DNA from: Capsulimonadaceae bacterium
GTDB lineage: Bacteria; Armatimonadota; Armatimonadia; Armatimonadales; Capsulimonadaceae
Direction: 5' to 3'
DNA length: 64,000 nt
NCBI GenBank assembly: GCA_965215505.1
Contig: OZ244065.1
Coordinates: 3,808,001-3,872,000 of the forward strand
In this document: in pieces, positions 34,908 through 43,963 of the stretch
Layout of the letters: every line of letters begins with the position of its first letter
Numbering within the stretch: the stretch's first letter is position 1
Position numbers and translations under genes: made by a program
The notes under the pieces: model-generated
What the model was told of the DNA's origin: nothing
Seen by the model: the letters and a program-made list of their open reading frames with translations, nothing else
The model's database searches: none

Positions 34908-35861
34908 CTAAAGGTCTTTACTATAGCTGACGCCGGGGGCGTCGGGGACGAACCCCAGCTTGCGGTTGATGGCGCGCATCGGGGCGTTGTCCTCGTGGTT
35001 CTCGGTCGTGATGAGCGGGCAGCCGCGCGCCAGGGCGGCGTCGATCGCCCGCAGTTTCAGGGCGAGCGCGATGCCCCTGCCCCGGTAGGCGGGCAGGACG
35101 CCGGTGATGTTTGTCCAGGCGATGTTCGTGGCCTCCTGGAAGGCCAGCGCGCTCACGCCGACCCACTCGCCGCTGCCGATGTCTTCGGCGAGGATGATGG
35201 CGCGCGGGTCGTACTCGGGGCCTTCGGAATACTTGACCCACTCTTCGAATGCGGGGTGTTCGGGCATGACGTCATGGGTGGGGATGTCCCGCACGACCTG
35301 GGCGTCGAGCGCCCAGACCTTGCGCCGGTCCTGCTCCGAATCGCCCGCCTCGGCCAGAGACAGCAGCCGGATTCCTTCGGGCGCGGGCGGGACGAAGGCG
35401 GACGGGTCGAAGGTCGTCAGGTCCAGCATGACGGGCACTTCCCGGTCCACTTCGGCGAAGCCGCGCTTCTCCAGGAAGCGGACGGCCGGCTCGTCCGGCT
35501 CGAACAGGCTGACATAGGTCGTGGCCCGCGTCAGGCCGCGCTGGCGGGCGAACTCCAGGGCTTTCTCGTAGAGCGCGCCGCCGATGCCCCGGCGCTGATG
35601 GCCCTTCTCGACCCATAGGCCGATCCCGCAGACGCCGGGCTTGCACCACGGGGACGTGCCCCGGTCGGTGGCGTTGAGGTAGGCGACGGCCGGCTCGCCG
35701 ACGCACAGGCGCAGGTAGACCTCGTCGGCGGAGCGCAGGGCGTCCTCCCGCTCCCACTCGGCGACGGTTTCCTGATGATGCGCCGGCCTGCGCGCGTTGC
35801 GGAACGCGACGATGGCCGCGCGGTCTTCGTCCCGGAAGGGCCGAACGATGATGTCTGTCAT
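34908..35861 (-). CDS. Tandem-domain GNAT N-acetyltransferase, paralog
   Basis: QRRGIGG; TGVLPAYRGRGIALALK; TENHEDNAPMRAINRKLGF. Real start ATG 35861 (ATGA overlap with the MFS stop). Confidence 0.9.
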   Translation of the reverse strand: MTDIIVRPFRDEDRAAIVAFRNARRPAHHQETVAEWEREDALRSADEVYLRLCVGEPAVAYLNATDRGTSPWCKPGVCGIGLWVEKGHQRRGIGGALYEKALEFARQRGLTRATTYVSLFEPDEPAVRFLEKRGFAEVDREVPVMLDLTTFDPSAFVPPAPEGIRLLSLAEAGDSEQDRRKVWALDAQVVRDIPTHDVMPEHPAFEEWVKYSEGPEYDPRAIILAEDIGSGEWVGVSALAFQEATNIAWTNITGVLPAYRGRGIALALKLRAIDAALARGCPLITTENHEDNAPMRAINRKLGFVPDAPGVSYSKDL

Positions 35862-37117
35862 GGCGTTGTCTCCTTGCCCGCGTTTCGCAGGGCGGTGTGG
35901 AACGTCGCCGCCAGGCATAGCAGGCCCTGGGGCACGAACGTGATCAGAATGGCCGGGATGGGGCCGTATCTTTGCAGCAGCCACCCGGTCACGGCCAGCC
36001 CGACCGGGCCGCTGCTGAAGGCGATGAGGCGAAAAACGCTGTTGACGCGCCCCTGCAGGGCGTCGGGGATCTGTCCCAGGCGGTAGGCGTACTGCGTGCC
36101 CAAAAAGACGGGCACGACGATGAAAGAGAGGGCGTTGACCACGCCCAGCACGATCAAAGACGGGGCCAGGGCGTACCAGAGCCAGGTCACGGCCCACACC
36201 CAGGCCGCGCCGATCAGCAGCGGCCCGAACCGGAACCGCTTCTGCAAGGGGATCGCCAGCAGCGAGCCGACGATGCCGCCCGCCCCGCCGGTCGCCAGCA
36301 GCAGGCCGACGGCGACCGGCCCGGCCCCGAACCGCTGCGCCTGCACGATCAGGATGAGCGCCCAGCCCGCACAGGACATCATCAGAACCCCGGTCAGCAG
36401 GGCGACGAAGCGGATGACCGCGTGGGCATGCAGCCACCGCAGGCCCTCCTTGATCTCTGCGGTCAGGTTCGGGACGTGGTCGTCGGCGAGCGGCGCGGGC
36501 CGGACGTCCGTGCGGAGCGTCAGCAGGGCGACGATGGAGAACAGGTACGAGACGGCGTCGGTGAGGAACGGCACGCCCCGGCCCAGCCCGTACAGCAGGC
36601 CACCGAGCGACGGCCCGATCAGGCCGGAGACGCCGTAGATGGCCTCGTTCTGCGCCACCGCCGCGCCGAGCTGCTCTTTGGTGACGACCCGGACCAGGCA
36701 GTTCGACTCGGCCTGGTTGAAGAACACGAACAGGGTCCCCTCCACGAAGGTCACCGCGAACAGCATCCACAGCGCGAGGTGGCCCAGGGCCAGCGCGACC
36801 GGGACGCTCGCCAGGGCCAGGGCGCGGCCCGTGTCGCAGGCGATCATGACCCGGCGCGGGTCCCAGCGGTCCACGAGTGCCCCGGCGGGCAGGACCAGCA
36901 GGAAGTACGGCACCCCGCGCAGGGCCGCCAGCAGGCCGGCCTTCGCGGGCGAGTGGGTCAGGGCCAGGATCAGCAGCGGCAGGGCGAGCTGCGACACCTG
37001 CGAGCCGACGGCCGAGGCCGCCTGCCCGCCCCACAGCCGCCAAAAATCGCGGTTCCGCCGGAGCGAACCGGCGGGCGACGCTCCACCCACGGGAGTCTTG
37101 GAGAGGGTCAGCGCCAT
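35858..37117 (-). CDS. MFS transporter (MFS_3 / macrolide-efflux-like)
   Basis: RNRDFxRLWxGQ, GALVDRWDPRRVM (motif A), about 12 hydrophobic segments, LQGRVNS. Confidence 0.92.
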   Translation of the reverse strand: MALTLSKTPVGGASPAGSLRRNRDFWRLWGGQAASAVGSQVSQLALPLLILALTHSPAKAGLLAALRGVPYFLLVLPAGALVDRWDPRRVMIACDTGRALALASVPVALALGHLALWMLFAVTFVEGTLFVFFNQAESNCLVRVVTKEQLGAAVAQNEAIYGVSGLIGPSLGGLLYGLGRGVPFLTDAVSYLFSIVALLTLRTDVRPAPLADDHVPNLTAEIKEGLRWLHAHAVIRFVALLTGVLMMSCAGWALILIVQAQRFGAGPVAVGLLLATGGAGGIVGSLLAIPLQKRFRFGPLLIGAAWVWAVTWLWYALAPSLIVLGVVNALSFIVVPVFLGTQYAYRLGQIPDALQGRVNSVFRLIAFSSGPVGLAVTGWLLQRYGPIPAILITFVPQGLLCLAATFHTALRNAGKETTP

Positions 37118-37725
37118 GGCGTCGCCTCCACAGGCCGCTGCCGATAGGGGCGGGCTTGCGTGTCCTCAATGGCCGGGCCGAGGAGGTCCGCCAGGATGCC
37201 CGCGATGTTGCGGGCATCATCGCCGCCCCGGTGGTGGGTGCCAGCCAGGGGCCGCTCTAGTATCCTTAAAGCCGCCGCCATGCCGACCTCGCGGCGCAGG
37301 CCGTGCGCCCGCGCGAACAGGCTCTTGACGTTCAGGTGCGCCTCGCCGAACGGGTAGGGGACCTCGAATGACGCGCACTGCCGCACGAACTGCTTGCGGT
37401 CGTAGTCGCCGTAGCTGGCCCAGGCCCCTGCCCGCGAGTCCAGCGCCTCCACCAGGAACCGGCAGGCTTCCCCGAAGGGGATGCCCTCCTCCACTTGCGC
37501 CTGCGTCAGCGTCGTCAGGTCGGTGCAGAAGGCGCTCACGCGCGACCGCTGCGGCCTGACCAGGAGCGAGCCTTCCCGGCGGACTTCTCCCAGGGGGACG
37601 TCCAGAAGCGCGTAGCCGATTTCGATGATCTCGGCCTGCTGCCCCGGCGGCGGGGTCGTCTCCCAGCAGGTCGCCTCTACGTCAATCACCAGCACGGTTG
37701 GTGGGGTGAGTGTTCTCAACGTCAT
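37108..37725 (-). CDS. DEDDh 3'-5' exonuclease (ERI-1/KapD-like)
   Basis: VIDVEATCW, EIIEIG, SxFCTxLT, SYGDYD, GTHHRGGDDA. Confidence 0.9.
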   Translation of the reverse strand: MTLRTLTPPTVLVIDVEATCWETTPPPGQQAEIIEIGYALLDVPLGEVRREGSLLVRPQRSRVSAFCTDLTTLTQAQVEEGIPFGEACRFLVEALDSRAGAWASYGDYDRKQFVRQCASFEVPYPFGEAHLNVKSLFARAHGLRREVGMAAALRILERPLAGTHHRGGDDARNIAGILADLLGPAIEDTQARPYRQRPVEATPWR

Positions 37726-38293
37726 GGTTCTCTCTTATCATCTTCTGCCGCGCCTTTGCGGCGTCAACGGCGGCCTGCCGGCGGGTGGGACTCAGTCGCT
37801 CTAGGGCGCTCCAGGCCTCGCGCACGACCTTGAGGTTCGTGTCGGCCGCCACGACCCGTTCCAGGGCGGCGACAGAACGCGGGTCGGTGGGCCGGTTCCC
37901 CAAGCCGTAGACCGCCTCACGGCGGACGCGCGGCGTCGGGTCGTGCAGGGCTAGGCCGATCAGGGTCTCGGTCAAGTCGGCTCGGAGCGGGGCGGGCTTG
38001 CAACGCTGGCAGGCGAGCGAGTGGACCGCCTGACGCCGCACGGACGGAACGGGGTCGTCCAGCAAGTTGCAGAGGGCGGGAACGTCTTCCTCGCGCCCAA
38101 GATGGTCGTAGAAGTCGGCGCAGGCCGCCCGGACGCGCGGGCGTGGGTGTTCCAGTCCCGACCGCACCGCCGCCCGCCCGGCCTCGCCCGCCTCGGCGAG
38201 CGCCCGGAAGGCCGCGCCGACATCGGTCCAATCCCGCCCGCCAAGCCGCTCGACGAGGGGCAGCAAGGCTTCGGTCTCGGTGGCCTTGTTCAT
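37682..38293 (-). CDS. HEAT-repeat protein with CxxC
   Basis: HPRPRVRAACA, DDPVPSVRRQAVHSL, CQRC, DPTPRVRREAV; GGAGG SD. Confidence 0.82.
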   Translation of the reverse strand: MNKATETEALLPLVERLGGRDWTDVGAAFRALAEAGEAGRAAVRSGLEHPRPRVRAACADFYDHLGREEDVPALCNLLDDPVPSVRRQAVHSLACQRCKPAPLRADLTETLIGLALHDPTPRVRREAVYGLGNRPTDPRSVAALERVVAADTNLKVVREAWSALERLSPTRRQAAVDAAKARQKMIRENHDVENTHPTNRAGD

Positions 38294-38496
38294 GGCGTTC
38301 CCTCCGGCGCGGCCTCGCCTGCCGGTCGCCCGCGCCTCGCGAGGGCGTCCAGGACCAGCCGCGCCGCCGCCTCGCTGGCGGCGACCTGCCGGGCCAGCCG
38401 CTCGTAGGCGATGTGGCGGCGGGCCGACTCGGCGAGGGAGCCGGGCTGGTCGTGTGTCTGTGGTTGTTGGTCTTGTCTTTCTTCTATGGTTTTCAT
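38290..38496 (-). CDS. Small hypothetical helical protein (68 aa)
   Basis: Stop overlaps the HEAT gene start (ATGA); no clear SD. Confidence 0.45.
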   Translation of the reverse strand: MKTIEERQDQQPQTHDQPGSLAESARRHIAYERLARQVAASEAAARLVLDALARRGRPAGEAAPEGTP

Positions 38497-38580
38497 GGTG
38501 TGGTTTCAGGCGCTTCGCAGGTATCGGGTTCAGGACGTCTTGCCCTCCCCTCCTGCTCCGAAGAAGCGGGAACCAGGAGG

Positions 38581-39201
38581 TCAGGGCTGTAGTAGGTGCC
38601 GCACCAGTTGATAGACCTCCGTGGAGGCATTGCTGGCCCGGCAGGGCGCATTATCGTGGAAGGTTTCCAGCCCCCACTGCGCGTTGTCTAATGCGGCACT
38701 CACTCGGTCCGCCAGCTTGATGTACAATCTTGGGTCGCCCTTCTCGTAGTCGCCGCCGATGTGCTTCCGCCAGTGCGTGTTCAGGTACGCTTCCGCCGCG
38801 CTGCCGTCGGCGAAATCCCGCGTGACGCGCTCGAAGTGGGCGATCAGCCACACCTCAAACGATGGATTAGACAGGAACAGGCGGATGTTGTGATCCCGCG
38901 CAAGGGCAGTGGCTTCATTCAACTTGACCTCATGCGCCGCGTGTTCCACGTCCAGCACGCACCAGACGTCATCGTATATCCGTTCGCCCAGCAGCTTGCG
39001 ACTGCCCTCCGCGATGGCTGCCTCGACCGTCACGACCGCGTTCTGGCCTTTACCGGCTCTCACCTTCACTGCCAACCGCTGCCGCACACCGCACGCTTTG
39101 CAGAGTTCATCAAGGTAATTCGGCTCCGTCTTTTGCCCTTCGCACTGAATCAAGAGGCTGCGCTTGCGTGGTCGCGGGTTCGGAATGCGCTGTGTCCTCA
39201 T
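38581..39201 (-). CDS. rloB: RloB-family (TOPRIM-like) protein, AbiLii-like
   Basis: LIQCEGQKTEPNY, VWCVLDVE, SNPSFEVWLIAHF, NASTEVYQLV; ATGA overlap with the upstream ATPase. Confidence 0.88.
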   Translation of the reverse strand: MRTQRIPNPRPRKRSLLIQCEGQKTEPNYLDELCKACGVRQRLAVKVRAGKGQNAVVTVEAAIAEGSRKLLGERIYDDVWCVLDVEHAAHEVKLNEATALARDHNIRLFLSNPSFEVWLIAHFERVTRDFADGSAAEAYLNTHWRKHIGGDYEKGDPRLYIKLADRVSAALDNAQWGLETFHDNAPCRASNASTEVYQLVRHLLQP

Positions 39202-40526
39202 GCCTTGGCCCTGGCCGCGAGATCGTCAAAGGCAAGACCAAGATGTGGTGTGCCGCCGTATCGCCCGGTCAGGTAGTTCCGCAGGAACGACTCCGTGTTG
39301 CGGATGGGTGGCCGGATGTCGGCCAGCGAGAAGAACGTGGAAGCGCCGTCGCACTTCTCCGCCAGCCAGATCTGGTCCCGCCGGAACAGGTCCTGATCTA
39401 ATAAGGCCGTGTCATGTGTAGTAAACAGCAGTTGTGCGCCGCTGCTGACGGCACCAGTGCTGTAGGCGTCGCGCCTCTGAAATAACTCCAGCAACCGCCG
39501 CGTCAGCAGCGGGTGCATACTGGCATCCATCTCATCCACCACGACGAATGCCCCCTTCTCCAGCGCGTCAAGGAGTGGCCCCGCGACAGCAAAAAACCGC
39601 TGTGTTCCTTGTGACTCGTCATCCTCAAAGTCGAACCTAATTGTGTTCCCCCCGCCGTCATGTCGATAAGCCACGATGCGCGGCAGTGGAACGGTGATAG
39701 TCAATTTCTTCAATGCTTGGAAAGCTTCATTGAACTGCTCCGGCATACTCGAATGTGATTCGGGCATACGCTGTACAGCAGCCTCGATCTGTATGTCTGC
39801 GATGCCGGTATCCGCGCCATTGAGCAGCGAAGAAAGGTCGTACCGCATCTCCTCCGAGTCCTGACACAGCCGCGCAGTCCGCATACTCAACGCCTTCATC
39901 TCGCTGGACAGGTCAAGCGTCTGGATGCCGTCACGGATATAACGGTAAGCAGGCCGCAATGCCTCCACCTTCTGCTGTGTCCCGACGGAAAGGGCGAGCA
40001 TGTTCCCAAGCGTCCGGCTCTTGATTTGATCTACGTCGGCCTCTTTAAAGCCGTTGAACTCCCAATCATCTTCACCAGATTTGCTGCTGAACGTGCGCCG
40101 GAACTCGCACACGATAGCTGACGCGCCTTCGCGCGTGGACGTCAGCCATTCCGAGTCCACGCGCTCCCGGTTGACGGCGAAGCCGTAGACATAGACGATG
40201 CCCTCCGTGACGAACGTGATCTCGAAGCGCGAAGGCGCTGTCCGCAGTGATGGGTCAAGGCGGAATGGCTCTGCTGCCGCAATCAGGTCGCCCTCGTTCA
40301 TGCGTGTCGCCGAGTCGCGCACGAACTCCTGCATCGCCCCGATCGCTTTGACAAAGTTGCTCTTGCCGGAGGCGTTGGCACCGAACAGGGCCGCCGCTTT
40401 CAGCAATCTGTAGCCATTACGCGGAATCAGGTTGTTCGGGTGGCGGCGCGCGCTCTCCGCCACGAAGCTCAAGGTCTGTTCCGCGCCGATGGAGCGGTAG
40501 TTGGCGACTTTGAATTGGATGATCAC
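39198..40526 (-). CDS. AAA_21 / RloA-family ATPase, AbiLi-like
   Basis: FKVANYRS, GANASGKSN, ESQGTQR, VVDEMDASMHP, QLLFTTHD, RRDQIW, YLxGRYG; GTG 40526 with GGAG SD. Confidence 0.9.
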   Translation of the reverse strand: MIIQFKVANYRSIGAEQTLSFVAESARRHPNNLIPRNGYRLLKAAALFGANASGKSNFVKAIGAMQEFVRDSATRMNEGDLIAAAEPFRLDPSLRTAPSRFEITFVTEGIVYVYGFAVNRERVDSEWLTSTREGASAIVCEFRRTFSSKSGEDDWEFNGFKEADVDQIKSRTLGNMLALSVGTQQKVEALRPAYRYIRDGIQTLDLSSEMKALSMRTARLCQDSEEMRYDLSSLLNGADTGIADIQIEAAVQRMPESHSSMPEQFNEAFQALKKLTITVPLPRIVAYRHDGGGNTIRFDFEDDESQGTQRFFAVAGPLLDALEKGAFVVVDEMDASMHPLLTRRLLELFQRRDAYSTGAVSSGAQLLFTTHDTALLDQDLFRRDQIWLAEKCDGASTFFSLADIRPPIRNTESFLRNYLTGRYGGTPHLGLAFDDLAARAKA

Positions 40527-40651
40527 GGTGTCTCCCTGGGCAGACTTTACGGTCATGCAGAAAACTTGCATCGGAACTGCTTCATTCGCAGTCTACCACA
40601 AGTGGCAGCCCAATCGCTGCAATTTTTCTGCACGGCGCGCGACGAAACACT

Positions 40652-42850
40652 CTACACCGCCCCCAAGATCTGCGTCACCTGGCTCTGGGTTTCGACGAGC
40701 TTGAAGAAGTCGCCCTTCTTCTCCATTAATTCGGCGTGGGTCCCCATCTCGGAGATCTTGCCGCCGTCCAAAACGATCAGGCGGTCGGCGTTCCTGAGTG
40801 TGGACAGGCGGTGGGCGATGGCGAAGGTGGTCCGGCCCTTGATCAAGCGTCCGATGGCCTCTTGTATCTGCTTCTCCGTTTCCACGTCCACGGCGCTGGT
40901 CGCCTCGTCCAGAATCAGGATGCGCGGGTCGTGCAGGATGGCGCGGGCGATGGAGACGCGCTGGCGCTCGCCGCCGGAGAGCTTCGCGCCCCGCTCGCCC
41001 ACCATGGTGTCGTAGCCGTCCGGCTTCGCCAGGATGAAGTCGTGGGCGTTGGCGGCCTTGGCCGCCTCCATGATCTCCTCTAAAGACGCGCCGGGCTTGC
41101 CGTAGGCGATGTTGTCGGCGACGGTGCCGTTGAACAGGAACGGCTCCTGCAAGACGATCCCGATCTGGCGGCGCATGGCCTGGAGGCTCATCTCGGTGTA
41201 GTCCACGCCGTCTATCTTGAGCGTTCCGGCGTCCGGCTCATAGAACCGGCAGAGCAGGTTAATGGTCGTGCTTTTGCCCGCGCCGCTCTTGCCGACCAGG
41301 CCGATCATCTCGCCGGGTTTGGCCGTGAAGGTCAGGCCCTTCAGGACGGGGTTTGACTTGTCATAGCCGAATCGGACGTTTTCGAATTCGACCAGCCCCT
41401 CGATGGCGTGGGGCGCGTCGGCCGGCTTGCCGTAGTTCTCTTTTTCGGTGTCCATCACCTCGAAGATGCGCTCGGCCCCGGCCATGGCCCGGCTGAACCA
41501 GTTGTTGACCTGCGCGAACCACTGCAAAGGCCCGTAGATGAGGGCGAGATAGTTGTTGAACAGCCAGAAGTCGCCCAGGGTGAGCTGTCCCCGGTAGACC
41601 ATATAGCCGCCGACGGCCCAGTTGATAAGGCCGCCCATGCCGACGAACAGCGACATGACGCCGAAGATGGTGTTCCAGCGCGTGTCCCCGGCGATGCCGG
41701 CGTCGCGCAGCTCGGCGTTGCGGACGGCGAACTTGGCGTTCTCGTAGTCCTCCTGGGCGAAGGCCTTGACGACCCGGATGCCGGTCAGGGACTCGTTCAG
41801 GTGGATGTGGAACCGCGCCCACTTCTGTCCGACCCGCGTGAAGAGCTGCGCGACCGACTTCCAGAAGACGCCGCCGATGGCGACGACGACCGGGATGGGC
41901 GCGAGGATGCACAGGGTCAGCTTCCAGTTGACCGAAATCAGGAACCCGGCGATGCCGACCAGCAGCAGGCCGTTAATAAGAAAATACGGGACGCCTTCGG
42001 TCAGGAACCCCCAGACCCGGTCGGTGTCCTGGGTGACGCGGCTGGTGATCGCGCCGACCTGCTTCTTGTCGAAGTAGCCGAGCTGCAAGAACTCGATGGA
42101 CCGGTAGAGCCGGGCGCGCAGGTCGGCGGCGATGTTCCCGCCGAGGAACGCGATGGTGCGGCCCGTGAAGATCTGCACGGCGGACCCGACGACGAGGAGG
42201 GCGAGCCAGACTCCCATCAGCGGCAGCAGCGTCCCGACGTGAGCGTGGTGCCCCGGCGGGGGCGACAGGACGCGGTTGATCAGGCTGCGCTGGATCAGGC
42301 CGGGCGCGAGGCTCAGGGCGGTCGTCAAGGCGGCGAGGCAGGCCAGGATGGCGGCCTCCTTCTTGTAGGGCTTCAAGAAGCCCGCGATGCGCCACATCGT
42401 CTTGGAGCGGTTGACGCAGGCCGGGCAGATGCCGTCCTTCTCGGGCAGCAGCAGGCCGCAGTTCGCGCAGCGTGTCCGCTCCTCCTTCAGACTGATCTGG
42501 AACGGCTCGCCCTTGGCGAGCTGCTCGATGCCGCGTGCCGCCTCGCTGAACCGGGCGGCGACGGTCTGGGAGTAGGTGACGACGGGCACGATGTCGCCGT
42601 TTTTGGCCGTGATCTCCAGCCGCCCGCCGCCGACCAGAGGCTCGTTGCGGGCGGTCTGGATCTCGCTGATGGGCATCTGGAACTCGGTCGCGCCGCCCGC
42701 CTCCTCGATGCGGACGGACTCGCGGGTCACGACCAGTTCGCGGTGGCCGAACCCGCCGTCCGGGCCGAAGTCGGCCTGGAGCCGGATCAGCTCTCCCTCG
42801 TTCTCACTCTGCTGCTGATGCGCGGGTGGCATCGCTTGGACTGTCGCCAT
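40652..42850 (-). CDS. ABC exporter (fused TMD+NBD) with N-terminal extension and CxxC...CxxC
   Basis: GKSGAGKST, LSGGERQR, ILDEATS, IAHRLST; N-terminal CANC...CPAC; GAGGAG SD. Confidence 0.95.
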   Translation of the reverse strand: MATVQAMPPAHQQQSENEGELIRLQADFGPDGGFGHRELVVTRESVRIEEAGGATEFQMPISEIQTARNEPLVGGGRLEITAKNGDIVPVVTYSQTVAARFSEAARGIEQLAKGEPFQISLKEERTRCANCGLLLPEKDGICPACVNRSKTMWRIAGFLKPYKKEAAILACLAALTTALSLAPGLIQRSLINRVLSPPPGHHAHVGTLLPLMGVWLALLVVGSAVQIFTGRTIAFLGGNIAADLRARLYRSIEFLQLGYFDKKQVGAITSRVTQDTDRVWGFLTEGVPYFLINGLLLVGIAGFLISVNWKLTLCILAPIPVVVAIGGVFWKSVAQLFTRVGQKWARFHIHLNESLTGIRVVKAFAQEDYENAKFAVRNAELRDAGIAGDTRWNTIFGVMSLFVGMGGLINWAVGGYMVYRGQLTLGDFWLFNNYLALIYGPLQWFAQVNNWFSRAMAGAERIFEVMDTEKENYGKPADAPHAIEGLVEFENVRFGYDKSNPVLKGLTFTAKPGEMIGLVGKSGAGKSTTINLLCRFYEPDAGTLKIDGVDYTEMSLQAMRRQIGIVLQEPFLFNGTVADNIAYGKPGASLEEIMEAAKAANAHDFILAKPDGYDTMVGERGAKLSGGERQRVSIARAILHDPRILILDEATSAVDVETEKQIQEAIGRLIKGRTTFAIAHRLSTLRNADRLIVLDGGKISEMGTHAELMEKKGDFFKLVETQSQVTQILGAV

Positions 42851-42912
42851 GGTTTCTCCTCGCTGCCGGTGCGCGCGCAGGGGGCGGGATGGGCCGCAAG
42901 CGGCACAGACAC

Positions 42913-42970
42913 AAAAAAGACCTCGAACTCGCCGTCACGTCTTGAAAAACGTTGCGGAAGCCCGAAGCCT
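42913..42970 (-). terminator. Intrinsic terminator / attenuator in the 5' leader of the ABC gene
   Basis: Minus-strand AGGCUUCGGGCU...AGUUCGAGGUCU stem (several G-U pairs) ending in a U run, 63 nt upstream of the ABC start. Confidence 0.62.
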
Positions 42971-43001
42971 TCGGTGAAGTATGGAGGGTGTGCGGCTCGT
43001 T

Positions 43002-43157
43002 TTAGAAGCGGCGACTCCTCCCGGAAGGCGACGGGCAGGCTCTGAAGTTGACCGGCGTGGCGGTGCGGTCGGTGGCCGGAACGAAGCCGTTCAGGCGGGA
43101 CACACCATTGGCGTTGAGGACAAGTCCGGTGGGCGCGATCATGCGATGCATCTTCAT
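43002..43157 (-). CDS. Putative leader peptide (51 aa)
   Basis: GGAAGGA SD, then MKMHRMIAPTGLVLNANGVSRLNGFVPATDRTATPVNFRACPSPSGRSRRF*; lies between a consensus promoter and the terminator. Confidence 0.55.
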   Translation of the reverse strand: MKMHRMIAPTGLVLNANGVSRLNGFVPATDRTATPVNFRACPSPSGRSRRF

Positions 43158-43209
43158 CTGAGCGATCTTCCTTCCGTTAAAGTTGGACCCGGCTGGCGGG
43201 AACGGCAAG

Positions 43210-43239
43210 AGTATAGCCGCTGGGCCGGCTGTTTGTCAA
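43210..43239 (-). promoter_or_regulatory. Near-consensus sigma70 promoter
   Basis: TTGACA (43239-43234), 18 nt, TATACT (43215-43210). Confidence 0.8.
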
Positions 43240-43285
43240 GCCCGCGCGGGCCTGGGTGAAAAAGATGTTGGTGGGGGGCTGCGGT

Positions 43286-43411
43286 CACGGGGCTGAACCC
43301 CCGTGCTGTAAAAGTGCAAGCCCCCGAGGGTAAGGGCGAAGATGTCGGAGTGGAACGGAAGGGAGAAGAGGGCGCGGGCGGGAAAGAGGGCGCGGCAAGC
43401 AGCGCCCCTAC
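43286..43411. repeat. Truncated family C element plus GTAG REP (43387-43411)
   Basis: CACGGGGCTGAACCCCCGTGCTGTAAAAGTGCAAGCCCCCG matches 32962-33002; AGGGCGCGGCAAGCAGCGCCCCTAC. Confidence 0.8.
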
Positions 43412-43433
43412 GCGATTGCCTTTCTATGCCCCG

Positions 43434-43778
43434 TCAACCCGCCCACGAAAAAGCGCCATCCTCCTCCGGCTCGAATTCCTGCACTTCCACCACGGCGTCT
43501 AGATTGAGCGGGCCGTAGAGGTGGGGGAACAGGCTGCCGTCGGCGGCCTCGTACCGGACCTCCGGCACCAGCCGGCCCGCGTCAATGACCAGCAGGACCA
43601 GTCCACGCTGCCCGCGGTAGAAGCGGTTCGCCGTCGCCGCCACCTGCGCGGGCGTCGAGCAGTGGATGAAGCCCTCGGAGGCCAGGCTGGCGGCGCGGTA
43701 CTCGCCTGATTCCTGCGCCTCCCGCCAGTCGGAGGCGGGGCAGATGTGGAGCAGTGTTTCCATGTGCAGAGTGTCCAT
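43434..43778 (-). CDS. DUF952 domain protein
   Basis: LHI...W...SLASEGFIHCST...ANRFY...FPHLYGPLNLDAV; TATAAT (43790-43785) six nt before ATG suggests a leaderless mRNA. Confidence 0.9.
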   Translation of the reverse strand: MDTLHMETLLHICPASDWREAQESGEYRAASLASEGFIHCSTPAQVAATANRFYRGQRGLVLLVIDAGRLVPEVRYEAADGSLFPHLYGPLNLDAVVEVQEFEPEEDGAFSWAG

Positions 43779-43963
43779 GCCTGCATTATACACCAGCCCG
43801 GTGTCACCCCCAAAGACCACAAAAAAACCGTAATCCACCACCGGCAAATATCATTGGAATCAAGGCGCAAGCAGTGGAACAATGTGTTCGCCCCGGTAGA
43901 CCGCACAGGCTCTTCCCGGTTTTCCAGTCAACGAAGACCGCAGCAGGGCACTGCGGCGAGGAG

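Noticed and set aside
34908-37220. 770-aa ORF as a single fusion protein
   Set aside because: The N-terminal part is an Arg/Pro-rich alternate frame of the MFS gene; the real GNAT starts at 35861. The same applies to the extended starts at 28485, 34209, 49207, 50481, 55862, 57016 and 59619.
28510-40650. Integron cassette array
   Set aside because: No integrase and no consistent RYYYAAC...GTTRRRY attC sites; many genes overlap directly.
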